This document shows, piece by piece, positions 1 through 14,600 of a stretch of 64,000 bases of DNA. The DNA is from Blasia pusilla (Eukaryota). The position numbers and the translations under genes are program-made. The notes below the pieces were generated by a model that did not search any database, was not told the origin of the DNA, and worked only from the letters and a program-made list of their open reading frames with translations. Within the stretch, counting starts at the first letter, position 1; every line of letters begins with the position of its first letter. The DNA is taken from assembly GCA_050084515.1 (NCBI GenBank), contig CM114271.1, positions 15,004,001 through 15,068,000 of the forward strand, read 5' to 3'.

Positions 1-264
1 GTACCACCAACACCCCCACCGGCAGAACGCGCAACTGAAACTGGCGCACCGAAGCGCCGCAGTGCAGAGTAGAAGAATTGTGTAGAGGCGATCGGGGAGG
101 CTCGAAGGCTTCGTAAAACCTTCTGGAGAGGTGCTCCTGAATCTTCTCATCAGCTCAATGTTGCCCACATCCGCTGAGAATTTGGCTTAGGATATCATCC
201 ATGATTTGTCAAGACACGCGGGAGTGCCAATTATGGAACAACTTTCACAATTTTACTTAACCTC

Positions 265-3200
265 ATGGTGCTGACATATTCTCTCCCCATGGGTACTGCG
301 TCTGCCGGGTTGCTCTCGTGGCAGAATTGTGCCGTGGGTGGTCTTCAAGGAACGAAAGATGAGCACGAAGTGACCATTCGGAGTAGGGGGAATTTCTCAA
401 GACGGAACTATGGAAGGAGTCTACACAAGCTTTCATCCTCGGGAATGGCCGTACGACGAGCTTGTATGGCAAAATGGTATTGCGGAAACCGAGACAGGTC
501 GAGGGATACACGTACTGAGGGTGTTAAACATGGGACCAGACAATCCAAGTCTTCCGACTCGCTAGGTTTTTCGAAGTCTTCGAATGGTGCGGGATTCAAA
601 CCGTTGTTTCAACGCAGATTACAGATTTCTCCAACTGTTTGCAACGCGGACAATGGAGCTTTGCATGCTTCCACAGATTCTGAAAGTAACGGATCGTACG
701 ATAGACGTCTAGACATACTAGCAAACGGCCCCGATTCTCAAGATGAGGGTAGTGGATTGCATGGATCACCAGCTGAATCTAAAGGACTCTTCAAGCGTTT
801 TGTCGCATTTTTTAGGGCATTTCGTTCGATTCTGCCTTACGGTAGCTGGTGGAATGTTGGCGAGAGGGTCGAGAATGAGAAGCCTGCAATCACTTTCGTG
901 AACGCGATGTGCCGACTGTGGGAGTTGATTTCCCCGGATAGATTAGTCATTGCCACGGCATTTTTCGCTCTGGTAGTCGCAGCTGTAAGTACTTCAAACG
1001 CTCCACTGAAGTGATTTATTGTTGTTCCATCTAAGAGCAAATGGAATTGCAGTGAATTCTCAAATTCACTATCCTAGTCTTTAGTGTCTCGTGGCTTTGG
1101 GGTGTGACTACCTATTCTAATTAAATCACGCGTTATCCACTTCTATCAGTTATCGGAGATCACCATCCCTCACTTTGTGGCGGCCACCATATTTTCGGCC
1201 CAAAGTGGCCTAACTGATAAATTCTACCGCAATGCCAAATTGTTAGCTCTCATGAGCTGCACCTACGGCCTATTCAGGTAAGTGACTGCCAATTGTTTTG
1301 GTTGATGAGTATTCATTCTGTACAGGTAATCAACTATTCGCTCGTGTTTGTAAATGTACTGGCTGTTATTCTGATCCGATGTTATCTTTGGAAGTATTCG
1401 TTTCTATGAGTCGTAGTGTGTCGTGTGCCAATGTAACCACGCCGAATTGTAAGAACATTGCATTTTGGTAGATACTAGTTCGTCACACACTCTGAAACGT
1501 AATTCTGCTTGATGGTTCAGTGGCCTACGAGGTGGATGTTTTGGAGTTGCTAACCAAATTCTGGTGAGCATGTAGTCCCTTAGATGAGCAGTAGTTGCCA
1601 TGCGGACTTGTTCTATTGTTGTCAAAAGATGTATTATGTAGTACTTTTGCAACTGGGATTGGTAGTATTGGAAGGCAGCAATACTAAACCCTACATAACT
1701 ATTCCATCTACCTGCTCACCTTTTCCTTTCAGGTGAGGAGAATGCGTGAAAAATTGTTTACGAACCTACTCAATCAGGTACCTCTACTGGAAGCTCAAAT
1801 CGATTTTGGGCTCTCTCCTTGCTCCATCTCCTAACATATCTCCTAAAATCATGCCAAGTGTACTTCGCTAAAGTTTGGACCCTAGATCCTGAGATGTGCT
1901 AGTCCACTCTGCTATCCTTTCCAAGTTCTACACAATAATTTTGACCCCAAGTTAGAAGAGGCGCACCTAGTTTGTTCATTCCGCTTCAACCTGAAAAGTC
2001 AAGTTTAGAGTATTATGCCCCTTGTTGGTATTCAGGTTTCTCATCTCCATTTGGAATGGTAATCTGGGAGAGAGAGTCACAAGACGCAGCTGCTACTTCA
2101 TTAGGGTTGGAGCAGATGCTTTGAAGAGGCCCTCCAAAACGAATAGAGTTCCAGAGTCCTTCACGTACTGCGCTAAAGATTTCTCTACTTCAACTTGGGA
2201 ATCACTGACAAGTCATTATTCTTCATCTCTCAGGATATTGCATTTTTCGACATGGAAGCTGTTGGAGCATTGACTAGTCGCCTGGGGTCTGACTGCCAAC
2301 AAGTTTCACGAATCATTGGGAATGATCTCAATGTTATGTTCAGAAATGGATTACAGGTATGACCTTACCAAGTGTTGGTGGTGTAGTATTTGGCATGTAT
2401 GCAATACTTCTGTTCCACAAGTCATCAAGTTCTCATGTCTTGAGACTGTGTGAGCAGTTACCCAGCTTTGTAGTTCAGAGTATTGAAATAATTTAAACTG
2501 TGCCAGTCAATAATTTGTGTTAGATAATATTCGGAAGAGCAGAAGGATGTTGGAATCATGTATTAGCTACCCACGTGTCTAACATGTTAACTAGTGCGAC
2601 GAACTATAGATGAAGTAGTAAGTTGCCTATAAATTGTTATCAATGAAAAAAAACCCTACAAAATTTCCAACTGTGCTGTTTAATGTATTCTATAATTTTG
2701 TTCTATCCCTTGCTGGGGTAAAGATGTATAAACTGTGAATTGTTATGTACTGCACCCTCCCCTGACTTACTCTCAGACCATCCTGCATCTGTCAATCCAG
2801 ATTGTATCTGAAAAAGAAACCACGGATAACAGAACATCAAGTGCGGATTCTTTTTCTAGTGAGGCCTTCAGGATGAGTTTCATTCTATGGATCCCACCCT
2901 GAACCTTCTCACTTGGATGGTGGAATTGCAGGGTCTGGGGGCCTTTATATATTTGATGACATTATCATGGCAGCTTGCCCTATCTACTTTTGCTATCTGT
3001 AGCACAATGTGGTGCTTTATGAGGTTTTATGGAAGGTGCGCCTCTTTCTGAAGGTCCTTAGCCTTTGGTACTGCTAAAGAATTTTAAGCAGTGAATGTTA
3101 CAAAGATGACCTATTGTGCAATGCAAAGGAGGGAGTCTGTTTACCTGAAATATGTGATGACTGCGGAGGTTGAAATGATGATGTGGATGTTGTCGCTTAC

Positions 3201-6200
3201 AGCTATCAGAAAAGTACTGCCAAGACAGCTCAAGATTCAGTAGCATCTGCCAATGAGGTTGGTCACACCAATACCCAGATTCTGAATATTTCATCAAGTA
3301 GATGACAGGATGAGGGACATGATAGACTATAATCATATTTCCGATTTGCTAGCCGTTGACAAACCTGGGCAAGGCATAAAGTGTAAGCCCCTCAGGCGAT
3401 CTACGCACGAAAAAGTGCAGAGCCTAAACTGCTTGAAGGGCACAATTTTTTGCGGTCCACTTTCTTCAAGATATTTTTGGCTGTATAGTGCTGATGTGCA
3501 TGCAATGTTGTTGGCAGGTTGCAGAGGAGACCTTATCCCTTGCAAGGGTGGTGCGGACCTTTGGTACAGAGAAAGAAGAAGTTGCCAGGTCAGCTAATTG
3601 CATCACCTGAGACAATGGATGGATTCACAGTTGCTTATCATGCACGGAGTGTGATACTTGTACCTCTATGCGCAGATACTCTAAGTGGTCAAGGAAACTG
3701 GTAGATATCAATCTCCGACAGAATGTTGCTTATGGGTTCTGGACATGGAGTTCAAATACCCTTTACAATGCGACGCAGGTAAGCACTAAAAATGCTTCGC
3801 CTCATCTTTTTAATGCACATGGAGTTGAGTGATCGTAAGACAAATAGGGATTTCTTACTTTTGTGGATCCACAAAACTTCAGCACCGAGCCTGTTTGTGT
3901 CGTTTGAGGTTGAGCTTAGGATAAGTTCCAATTCCACTGATTAACTAGCCAACAATATTCTATTGCAGAGGCACGAATTTGAAGGGAATCTCAAGGCAGT
4001 GTTCTTATGTCCAGGGGGTGGTTTTGTAGGTGGTTGCTTTGCTGATAGGAGGAGGTTATGTGATGACGGGGAAAATAACTGCAGAGCAGCTTACCAAGTT
4101 TGTACTATATTCTGAGTGGGTAGTTCATTCAACGTGGTGGGTTGGAGATCACTGGGCCTCTCTAATGCAGGCTATTGGTGCCAGTGAAAAGGTTTTCCAC
4201 CTTCTCGACCTACCTCCTAGCAAGCAGCTTGTCACCAAAGGTGAAGACAATGAATTACCAGAACTTTGTTTGCCCTAAACAATGTTACTGTCTTTGGATG
4301 ATATTTTTTGCTTCTTGATATTGGCTGGCGGATATATACCAGGTTGCACACTTGTTTTGATAGTCAAACAGACAGATATCTGAGGATCAATGGATATCTT
4401 GGTATTTTGGTCGTATGTGGACAATTTCTGTTTAAGAACTGAGGAGTCCCCATTAATTTGCAGGATCCACACTGCCTGAGCTCAAAGGACGAATACAGTT
4501 TAATGACATCTCATTCCACTATCCTGCAAGGCCTCAGGTTGCTCCTTCAACTAGGTGCCTACTGGGAAGTGCACTGTATTCAGAGATAACAAAATAGCTT
4601 ATAATCTATGTTACTTGCACTCAGCAAGGCCCCTTATAAATTATGGAATCTTATTTCATATTCAATTAATCATGTGATTGACTGCTGGTATATGCTCATT
4701 TCCAGGTTCCAGTTTTACGCAATGTGAATTTATCAATATTTCCAGGCGAACTTGTTGCAGTGGTATTCTCTCCACCCATTTTACTTTGTCTTTGATTTGG
4801 TTTCCTCTCAATCCCTCTTTTTGTATCAGTGACCTCTATTCTAATAGATGGTGGTCAGAGTTCTACTTCGCTCAGATCCAAGTTTGAAACTGTAAACACA
4901 CTCAAAGAAAGCAGATCACGACAGGGTGTCCCACTGAACCAGTTATAAGAGAGTAAATTCAGTTATAAGAAATGAATTGCATGCAGAGTTTGTCTGCAAC
5001 TTCTGCTGAGAATGGGTTGCTCGATAGAGCAACTCCTTATTAGAATACACAAGACCTGACAGGGTGACTGGAACCAAGATGCAGAAATATGTGACAAATA
5101 GGTTAGGGAGAATCCCCCAGACCAATGCACATGCCCTTCCTAGTTGACCAAGCCAACAGCTGTTGTTCAGGTGGGTAGGAGCTAATCTCAAGATACACTA
5201 CCTCAGCAGGCAGGAGTTAGAAGTGAATGAAGCCAAATAGAAAAGAGAGAAGTCTAAATAGGTTTGTTGCATCAGGAGAGGGGGGTGGTGACTGCGGGCA
5301 GGGGGCGGCAGGAGAAAGGATGACATCTCAAAGCTGAGGTGGAAGGGACTGTACATTAGGAGCACAACAGGAGTAGGCAACAAGCGTAGCAGGAAAGAGT
5401 TCTAGCCAGAAGAGATTAGTAGTAACACGAAGGGTAAATAAAGGGAGAGAAGTTGATTGTGGTAAACTTCTGGTTCGAGTCACAACTGAGCATGGTTTAG
5501 CTAACCTGTTCAGCAGTAGAGAGAGAGTCTGATGAACAGACAATTTGATCTGTATCCTTATCATGGGCAGGCCCAGACTTTTTTGTCTTTTTATTCATTT
5601 GCACCACCATTTACTACCAGATCGTCACTGGCTATCATTGTTTCTTCATTATGTTTGAATGCTCCTGTGGACTTGAGGAGGAGGTGAAGGCCATCATCTT
5701 CATTTTGGGTTGGTATAGTTAGAGTTGTCCTTTGGCCGAGCTTTGCTGTTGGACGCTCTGATGGTACTTGCAACCTCCATATTCCTGTTGGGTTATGATG
5801 TTCAATGAACCAGTGTATATAGATGGCTAAGAAACTCATGCCTGTGTGTAGATTTCCTCAATTACTTGAACTCCATACTTCTAGAGTGGTTGTATGTCAT
5901 TGGTTGTGTGTTTAATACGCTCTTCCTCCAACTGATCCCCAATGGTTTTGTCATCCGTTCCAAAATTTTTATTAGCTGATCCTGCTCCAAATGCGAGCTT
6001 TTCACTGAGTCCAAGTAGATTGGAATTCTTGAATAAAATGTTTTAGAGAACTTTAACGGCCTTTGATCTCACGAGTCCATATCTCTATGCTGAAGAATGG
6101 CAGTCCATTGAATGAGACATGTCATCAACGGACCTATCCTTGTGTGGTATCAAAGAGGGGCATATATCGACATGGATTTTCTATGAACGTTCTCACTAAA

Positions 6201-8065
6201 ATGCACCTCTTATATGCCTGGGAAAATGAGACCCAGTCACATTGTTCCTTGCATCATATTGTAGAAATTTTACTACAATTTCTTTTAATACAACTCTTCC
6301 ATGCAGTAGTTAGTTCTCTACTCATGATTTAAGGCTTTGATCTTCTCAAATGATTTAGGCACTATTTTATACCTGTCAAGTTTAAACTAACTTGACTTGC
6401 CATTTCTGCATAGGTCGGCCTAAGTGGTAGTGGAAAAAGCACTATTGTGGGTTTACTCCTCCGACTGTATGAGCCCTCTCATGGACAGGTTTGGCTTCTC
6501 ACGTTGTCTATTCTTGTTACTGCCAGCCCTACTGTGACCAGTGCAGTTGTGACACATGATTGTGCTCAGGATTGCAGTAAATTAAAGCAGGCTGGGGCAG
6601 ATGTTGACCGCTATATGTTTATTATACCTATGCTTAATAGTATGAGTAATAGCTCTTGATCGTATGCTCATGACAGCTTGTGGACCTTTTTTTGCAGATA
6701 ATGATTGATGGCGTTCCACTTACGGATCTTGATATTAAGTGGTTTAGACACCAACTCGGAGTTGTGAGCCAGGTTAACTCATATTTACCATGCCTTTCTT
6801 GAATATCCTCGTCCAGTCACATGTGGACAAACCTTCATCTGTCATGTCCTTTGTAGGAGTAGTCCAGCTTTTATTAAATTTCCTCATCCAGTCACGGGTT
6901 AAACAATCTTCCTCAATGGGGAATCCAATTTGGTTCTTGAATATCAATGTTAAGGCAGAGATTCCTTGGTGAAATCAATGAAATCCCACTTAGTTGTTCA
7001 GAGTAGCAGAAACGAGTACGAATTTCTTGAACAGACAGAGTTATCTTCTGATTCTGATCTCACCATTACATTTTTCACCATGACCTCTCACTCTCTCTTT
7101 TCAAATATGCTGCAGGAACCTCGTCTTTTCAGCATGGACATAGCTGCAAACATATCTTATGGATGTGCTAAGAATGTAAGTGCAGTGGATATAGAAAGAG
7201 CAGCAAAACAGGCAAATGCCCACGATTTCATAATGGCTTTGCCTGATGGCTACAAAACTATTGTTGACAATGTTCGACTAAGCGGTGGGCAAAAGCAGCG
7301 TATTGCAATTGCTCGAGCACTACTGAGGGACCCTGCAATTTTGATACTGGATGAGGCAACCAGTGCACTTGATTCCGAAAGTGAACACCTGGTACAGGTG
7401 GGTACTTCTAATATTATGATGTCAGTCTGGGTTCCATAGGGAAGAAAAAGCTGTGCTCCATTTCTTTCAAAATTGCTGATTAGTCCTGGGTTGGCTTGAT
7501 AACAGAAAGCCTTGGATCAAGCAATGCGTGGAGATGGCAAACGAAGGCGGACTGTTCTTGTTATTGCTCACAGGTTGGAAATATGTTCAGCTGTCTAATT
7601 TCATAGATAAGTTTGTGGAGAAGATTATTTTCATGTGGTGGTGACTATTCCTGTGATTATATCGCTGTGGAAAATCCATTGCCAAACGGCATCATGCATT
7701 CAAAATCAATTGCAGATGAGCCATCTAATCATCTACTCACTGACAGGTTGTCCACAATTCGAGCAGCTCACAGAATTGTGGTTATGCACCAAGGTCAAAT
7801 TGCTGAGGTTGGCCAACTCTCTTCTATGTAGTGATTGTAAAGCCAAGAGTTCCACTTGAATCCATTTGTTTGTTCTAACAATAAGGATCCTTGTCAATGC
7901 AATGTCACAATATCTTGCCTCTCAGCAGTTAAGAATACAAGTTTAATTCAAAGTAAGACTGACTTGTTAATGACTGTCATGCAGATTGGCAGCCATGATG
8001 AGTTACTTAGATTGGATGGTGAATATGCTCGCTTAACGAAGCGGCAGTTAAGCACGCTACCATGA
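265..8065 (+). CDS. ABCB26: ABC transporter B family half-transporter, TAP1/ABCB26-like, probably plastid-targeted; 18 exons
   Basis: GT-AG exons join in frame: 265-984, 1150-1277, 1521-1563, 1733-1777, 2234-2356, 2932-3035, 3203-3257, 3518-3588, 3676-3778, 4030-4240, 4464-4537, 4706-4762, 6414-6488, 6698-6772, 7116-7397, 7506-7573, 7747-7807, 7985-8065. Membrane domain: [31 protein letters not shown]. Nucleotide-binding domain: Walker [11 protein letters not shown]-loop VSQEP, signature [14 protein letters not shown], Walker [14 protein letters not shown]-loop IAHRLST. The Ser/Arg-rich N-terminus resembles a transit peptide. The start could instead be the ATG at 289. Confidence 0.92.
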
Positions 8066-9242
8066 TAAATCGTAAAGGTTCAATTATTTTGTTGGCTGTC
8101 CATCTCTTTGCAGGATGGTTTCTTCCATGTATTATGTTCATTTTGTGTTTACACTTTGGGTTGGTGGGTGTAAGATTCCTCTGAAGGTTTTCCAGGCCTG
8201 CAGCCTTGCAGATCTTATCATGACTTGAACATTATTGCAATCAATCAAGGGCATAATCCATCCACTTCTTTCTGTTTGGTTGTCACTTTCATGTGGCGCC
8301 TGGTGTCTAATATTGAAGGGGTTGGTTGAGGTTGTTCTTGAAGTAAATCAAAGAGCCATGAAAGGTCAGCAATGAAGCATGTAGCAATTCATTCATGTGA
8401 GCAACCTAGGAATCCTATGCTGATATTCTCATATGCATGCTGGTGAATCGCCAGCCAGCTTGATCTACAATGAGAAACCATGATTCAATTGAGTAGGGCA
8501 GGGCTTCCATATTTCATGCCTGCCCCATTTCTCTACCAATCCTCTTTTTGTTGCTTCTAATATGTCCTGAGGTTTCAGAAGTGTTACCCAAGGGGATGTA
8601 AGACTAGTTACGGCGACATGGCCCCATAGGCAAATGTATTATTTGTAAGATTTCTAATATTTGTAATGTTAGAAATGTTTGAGATCTGCATTCAAAACTT
8701 TTTTCTCAGTTGCAGAGGTGACACTCGGTATCTTGTGCATATGTGGATCACTCTCTAGATTGTGGCTGTCCCTTCGGATTGAAGAGTAATGAGTGGTCCT
8801 AGCTTCCACAACTCAATAACATAATGTCACACACTCCAGTTTATGGGACACTCACTCGTCTCATTCCTTTGAATTCCTTATCTCACGAGATTTGTCATCA
8901 TTTGAATTACTTGTGAAGATTAGGATAGTTTGGCCATTTTTAGTATAATCATGATATAGTCTGAGTAAAATGGAAGCCATTCATAACTAGTGCGTAGTCC
9001 TTTTCCCAACCCCTTAAAGGCACCTGTTTCTAAAAGTACTTGTCAAGTGCTAAATTATATTAAATTTATATTTTGAGTCAACTAAGTGATCAAAAGTGCT
9101 CCAAATATATCAAGATTTTAAAAAATACTAATATATTTGGGGCCGGAAAAATCGACACAACTTTAGTTGGAAACTTACTGCGAATCTAAGATATTAAGTT
9201 GGTTTCCATGCAGTATAATTCATCAAGAACTTTCAAAAATTC

Positions 9243-9366
9243 GTTTGGTAAAGAGGTGAAGGAGGAAGTCTGGAATGGTTTTCTTGAAGGTTATGAGAAT
9301 CAAAGACTTGTTTGGTAAAGAGGTGAAGGAGGAAGTCCGGAAGGGTTTTCTTGAAGGTTATGAGAA
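9243..9366. repeat. Two-copy tandem duplication, period 67 bp
   Basis: GTTTGGTAAAGAGGTGAAGGAGGAAGTCYGGAAKGGTTTTCTTGAAGGTTATGAGAA starts at 9243 and again at 9310. Confidence 0.9.
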
Positions 9367-11493
9367 GAGAGAAATATCAATATTAACGAGGCCTGTTGAG
9401 GAATAGCGAAGGAGAAAGCCATCAGGAAAAGCGCTTTCTAGTTTGATAAGTTCTATAGGCACAAAAGGACGACCATGTCCTCTAATAAGTTTTTAATTTA
9501 GGTGTGATGTTTGTGGAATGTTTTGATTTCTTTAAATTACATTAAATTACAATTTTACAATGTGTGTTCAAGGGTTTTAACACTTTTTTTAAATTTCAAA
9601 TTTAATTTAATTTATTCAAATTGGTTAATTCCATGTTTGGAGATATTTTCATCTTTCCCTCATCATAAAAATTTGTCTTCAATTTTGTCTTGGTATTTTT
9701 CTCATCTTACATATTGACTAGTTTAAGGGCGTGTGACACACGGGTTTCTATTACCTCTTATAATTAGTTTTCACATTTTTAAATGTCATTTCAAATCAAG
9801 AAAATTGGTCACGTTGGTTGAAAATAACAAGTGTCGAGAGGAGAGGAGTTTGCAAAGTGGAAAGGCACTCTCCCATGACAATATAGATTTCCTTCATAAG
9901 ACACAAATCTATATTTTTATGGGCATATGAATGTAAAATTTTCTTAATAGAATACATTTTCTTCAAATTCTCGGATTAGTTTGGTTTCTTTTTTTCATTA
10001 AGACTTGTAAACTAATGTTATGACCACATTTTTGTTTAATAATTTTAGTTGGATGGCACCACCATTTCAAAGGAACCGAAGAGCTACCTTACTCAAAAGA
10101 ATGTCCCACTAATTTTTTAGACCAGGTCTTTAAGGACAACACCATTCCATGGAATGAGCAACTTGTATGTCGATGATATGTTATAGGGTGTGCATGGTTC
10201 CTCAATGTTTCATATATACGGCAAAACTTCTATCTTTTGCGGTAGTTTAAGAACACTATTGTTTAGAGGGGGCTTAAGAAACTCCAAATCATCCGAGTTT
10301 GTATTGACCCCATGGGAGGAGTCTACCATATCCGTTAGACATGGCATACATCTATCTCTACAATGCTTGCACTTAGGACCTTTAATCTACAATGTTTACA
10401 TAAAGAGTGCTCTCTTCATAGAAATAACTAGTGTGCCTAGCTTGACACTCTATGCACAAATATTTTATTTTATTTTGTTGCCCATGTTGTTGCAAAATTT
10501 CCTTGCTGCCCCAATACCATGTGTCAAGCAAAAAGGCTACTATGGTGTTCCTATTATGTGCAAATTTTTTTGTTGGGTTCCTCCAATGTTTATTGCACAC
10601 GTGGATTTTTGTGGACTTGGGTCTCTACTTCTCATTGTTTGATTTGGCACAAACTTGCGTTTTTAAGGAGGGTTTACTTTGAACTCATAGCCTTTCCTAA
10701 ACATCACCCTCTCGCCCCTACAATTTTGACATAATTCGCATGCATTCTTGGTTTGCATTTGTTGAACGGTGCGCACGTTCAAGCTACATACGAGAGAGAA
10801 GCAAGAAGACGATTGCATCGCATTCAACTACACGATTTGTCTTCATTCCAACATTGATTCTACAATGGAAGAGTGATATAATTGTATATTAGAACACTTT
10901 ACAATAGCAAGCAAGGAGTATATAGCGCACCACTTATGAATGAATGGATTATCATTTAGCACACCGTTGCATACGGGGCTAATATAATGGATTGAAAGTT
11001 TGGGGTGGTAATGTTTGGCTACAATTGCAAAATAGATAACAGAGTCAACCTTAGGGTTTGGTTCCAATTGCAAAATGGAAAACATGGTCAACCTTAGGTA
11101 TGGGTTGTAAGGGTAAGGGCATCTCCACCCCACCAAGGATTATGAAGGACTTGTTGCTTAGGTTTCCACTATATTTTTTGTTTTCCACACGGCAAGAATG
11201 AGCGTTTTGTAGATTGTCGTGCGAATCCACATCGTCATACAACATACATCGCTGACAAACCATACTCACATACATATATAACATAGACGAGAGTATCCAC
11301 AAACACAAGTGTACCACAACTCGCCCCCCTAACTGGCGGTTAGGTCCCTCTAACTCCCAGGTAGCCCTATACATCTACTACATGCTATACACCTTCTTGG
11401 GTGCCCGAATCAGAAGGCCGGGTGCTAGGTTGCCCCATCGTTAGTCGCACATCTGTAATCCATATCATGCAAAGATTAAGTCATCTACCTCTC

Positions 11494-11634
11494 CTAAGTA
11501 CATCGAGGACAAACCCACCTTCCAGTAGGAACAACATCCAAACGTGGAGTCAAACACCTCATGTGCCAACCCCTAGAACACCGATCACACACCAACATAC
11601 GGGCTGCGTTACCAGCAGACCCACACAACATGCA
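11494..11634 (-). pseudogene. PHD finger (C4HC3) at the C-terminus of the retrotransposon integrase
   Basis: CMLCGSAGNAARMLVCDRCSRGWHMRCLTPRLDVVPTGRWVCPRCT* has all eight zinc ligands plus the conserved W before the last CxxC. It is in the same ORF (11494-12024) as the integrase tail RFHVGDYVYL. Confidence 0.92.
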
Positions 11635-14600
11635 CCTCAAGCTAGCACGTATCATGGCTAAGCTTGGGTCAACAGTACCATCGACATTTGGAAGATGACA
11701 TGGCGCACAATTACGCATATGGTCCTTCCAAACAACTCCATCACGACCCTCCAACATGAGAACTCCAGAAGCTAACACCTCGCGCACTCGTAAAATAGTG
11801 CGGCCTGCCGTCACATCCAACGTTGTCGGTGCAATCTGCTGCAAATAGACATAGTCCCCCACATGGAACCTACGAATCGATGGTCGATAACCTCCACGAA
11901 TGGTTGCATACCATAGCAACGTATCCCTGTGTTGAGCAATGGCAAGATTCTCAAAGGTGTTGGCATAACTCTCCAAAAGAGCTCCGGCTGAGAACACACC
12001 CTCATCCACATCTCGGGTCATCAAGGTTCACCACCTCACTAGACTCGACAATTCTTTCTTTGGCAAGTCCGGATCTCGGCCGTATAAAGAAAATAAGGTG
12101 AGAAGGAAGCCAAGGATGCTTGGCGATCGAACCTATACCCCATGGCTAACCATGGCAATCGAATATTCAGTCTCCAAGATGCCCTTCAGAGGCCATACTT
12201 GCGCAATGCCCTCTTCACCGTCTGAACCACACACTCAGCCAAACCATCCGCCTCTGGATGATCTCGAGACGTGGTCCGATGATCAATCAACGCCTTGTCA
12301 CACAAGACTTGAAACTCACCTGAAACTCTGACCTGGTCGGTCAAGACTTGGTGGTGCACCAAAATGACTAAGCACTCTATCCAGAAATGCATACGCCGTT
12401 CCTCACTTGCCTTGTCCGGTAATGCCACCAACTCAATCCACTTGGAGAAGTGCTCCACCATCACCAACACATATCGATGATGATGTCGCATACCAACGGT
12501 AACGGTCTCGCAAAGTCCACACTCCAACGGTAACCCAAACCCATAATAGGCAAGGGGTGTAATTGTGGTGTAGGGGCATTAAATGATGCCCTCACCCGGT
12601 CACAAACCATACAACGTGACACCAACTACTGCACCTGAGTATGCATGCCACGCCACCAATACTGGCCAAGGAGTAAGCTATACGTACGCTTTACCCCAAA
12701 ATGTGCCAACTCCTCATGGGCATGTTGCACAATGCGCTCTCTCTGAGCCAAATGTGGCACTACTCGTACTCTACCATCCTCCCACACGCGTAGAATATGT
12801 GTTCCCTCCAATCGATACCTCTTAGCACGTTGAAGAACACGGTCTCGCTCCTTGGCACTCACTATGCCTGGCACCCTACTAGTCCGTAGGAACTCCAACA
12901 CCAACGCATCATCATGAATATCAGGCTGATCCGTACCACCATCTCCAACCTTAGGATCTGAAGGCTGGCCATCTACCCTCTGACTAGAGTAAGATATCAT
13001 GTGGTCCTCCATACTAGAGTCCACCCCTAACCAACATAAAAAGGCGGATGCATGCCAACCTGGCACCATCTCCTCATCAACCTCGCCATGCCATCTAGCC
13101 CCAGTTGTATCCTCTTGGCTAGTACATGGGTTCCTACTCAACCCATCAGCATCAAGGTTGGCAACTCCAGGTCTATGTACCACCGGAAGTCATACTCTGT
13201 AAGATAAGAGCCCCCGTGCAAGCTTCCCCTGTAAAGCTTGTCCGACTCCATCAACCACTTGAGCGGATGGTGATCAGTAACAAGGGTAAACTTTGTGCCG
13301 AACAAGTAACACCTAAAGTGTGCCACACCCACACTCTTGCCAAGCACTCTCCCTCATATGAACTATAGCGACTTCGCTGCATTATTCGAACGACTTGCAT
13401 AGGCCACCACAAACTCCATGTGCTCATCATCATGTTGTGTCAACACCGCTCCAAGTCCCAACCTACTCCAATCGTGTGTAATCTGAAATGGGCGCCCTCG
13501 ATAGGTCTCCTCAAGATAGGCGCCGCCACCAACTGGGCCTTAAGCTCCACAAACGCTCTCTCTGATCATCTCCCGAGGTGCCACTCTTGATCTGATTTCA
13601 GCAATTGGTTCAAAGGCTTTGCCATAGCACTAAATCCCTTCACATACCTCCGATAGTAGTTCGCCAATCCCATGAATGCTCAAACTCTACTCACATCTAC
13701 CGGACGGAATAAGTGCAATAGCCTCCACCTTTGCTTGCTTTGAACTCCCAAACCACCTGGATAGATCACATGACCCAAGTACTCAACATCCTCATGGAAG
13801 AACTTACACTTTCCTGGATGCAACGTAGACCATGAGCTTTCAACCGCTCAAACACCATCTGCAAATGTATGTGATGCTCCTCCACCATGTTACTGAACAC
13901 CAAGATATCATCAATGTAACACCGAACAAAATCCAATCTTGCTAGGATCCTGTCCATCACTCTTTGAAATTCGGCAGTGCATTCTTCAACCCAAAGGGTA
14001 AGAATTTCCACTGGTACAAACAATCCTTGCCATGAGAGTTGACACCCCAAAATCTTTGTCTTGGCCTTGTCACTCTCCCGAATCGGCAATTGATGGTATC
14101 TGCCGAAGATCCAAATCTGAAAATCTTTGCCTGTCCCACCACATCAAAGATCTCCTCAGGTGTAGGCATGGCATACCTATCGGCCTTGGTTTGCCGATTG
14201 ATAGGGACGGTAATCTCCACACATCCGCCTATCCGTGTAGTTGCCATGCATATCCTTTTTAGCGAGCATGCATGAAGGGGCGATGCATACTCTCCATGCG
14301 ACAACTCCACTAATCCAGCCTCCAAAAGGTCCAACGCCCTACTGAATCAAGTCCCTCTCCATATCACTATATCGGTAGGGACAACGGAAGATTGGTGTAT
14401 CACTAGCCAAATCAATCCATACCGGGTCCAACCAGAGAACCCAACTCCTTCATGCTAAAGGCAAAACAACTCCTATAAGCACGTAGGAAGCGTGTCAGCG
14501 TCGTTTCTCACCTCCCGTAAGCTTGGGCCCAAGTAATGGCTCCCAAGTCTCCTCCTTTGGCACACTAGAGGAGAGAGCGATGCCATTGGCGCTCGCAACC

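Noticed and set aside
4763-6413. Short ORFs in the long 12th intron of the ABC transporter
   Set aside because: No recognisable domains; possibly decayed TE sequence, but unsupported.
10040-11180. Short ORFs that might be DNA-transposase remnants
   Set aside because: No convincing catalytic motifs in any frame.
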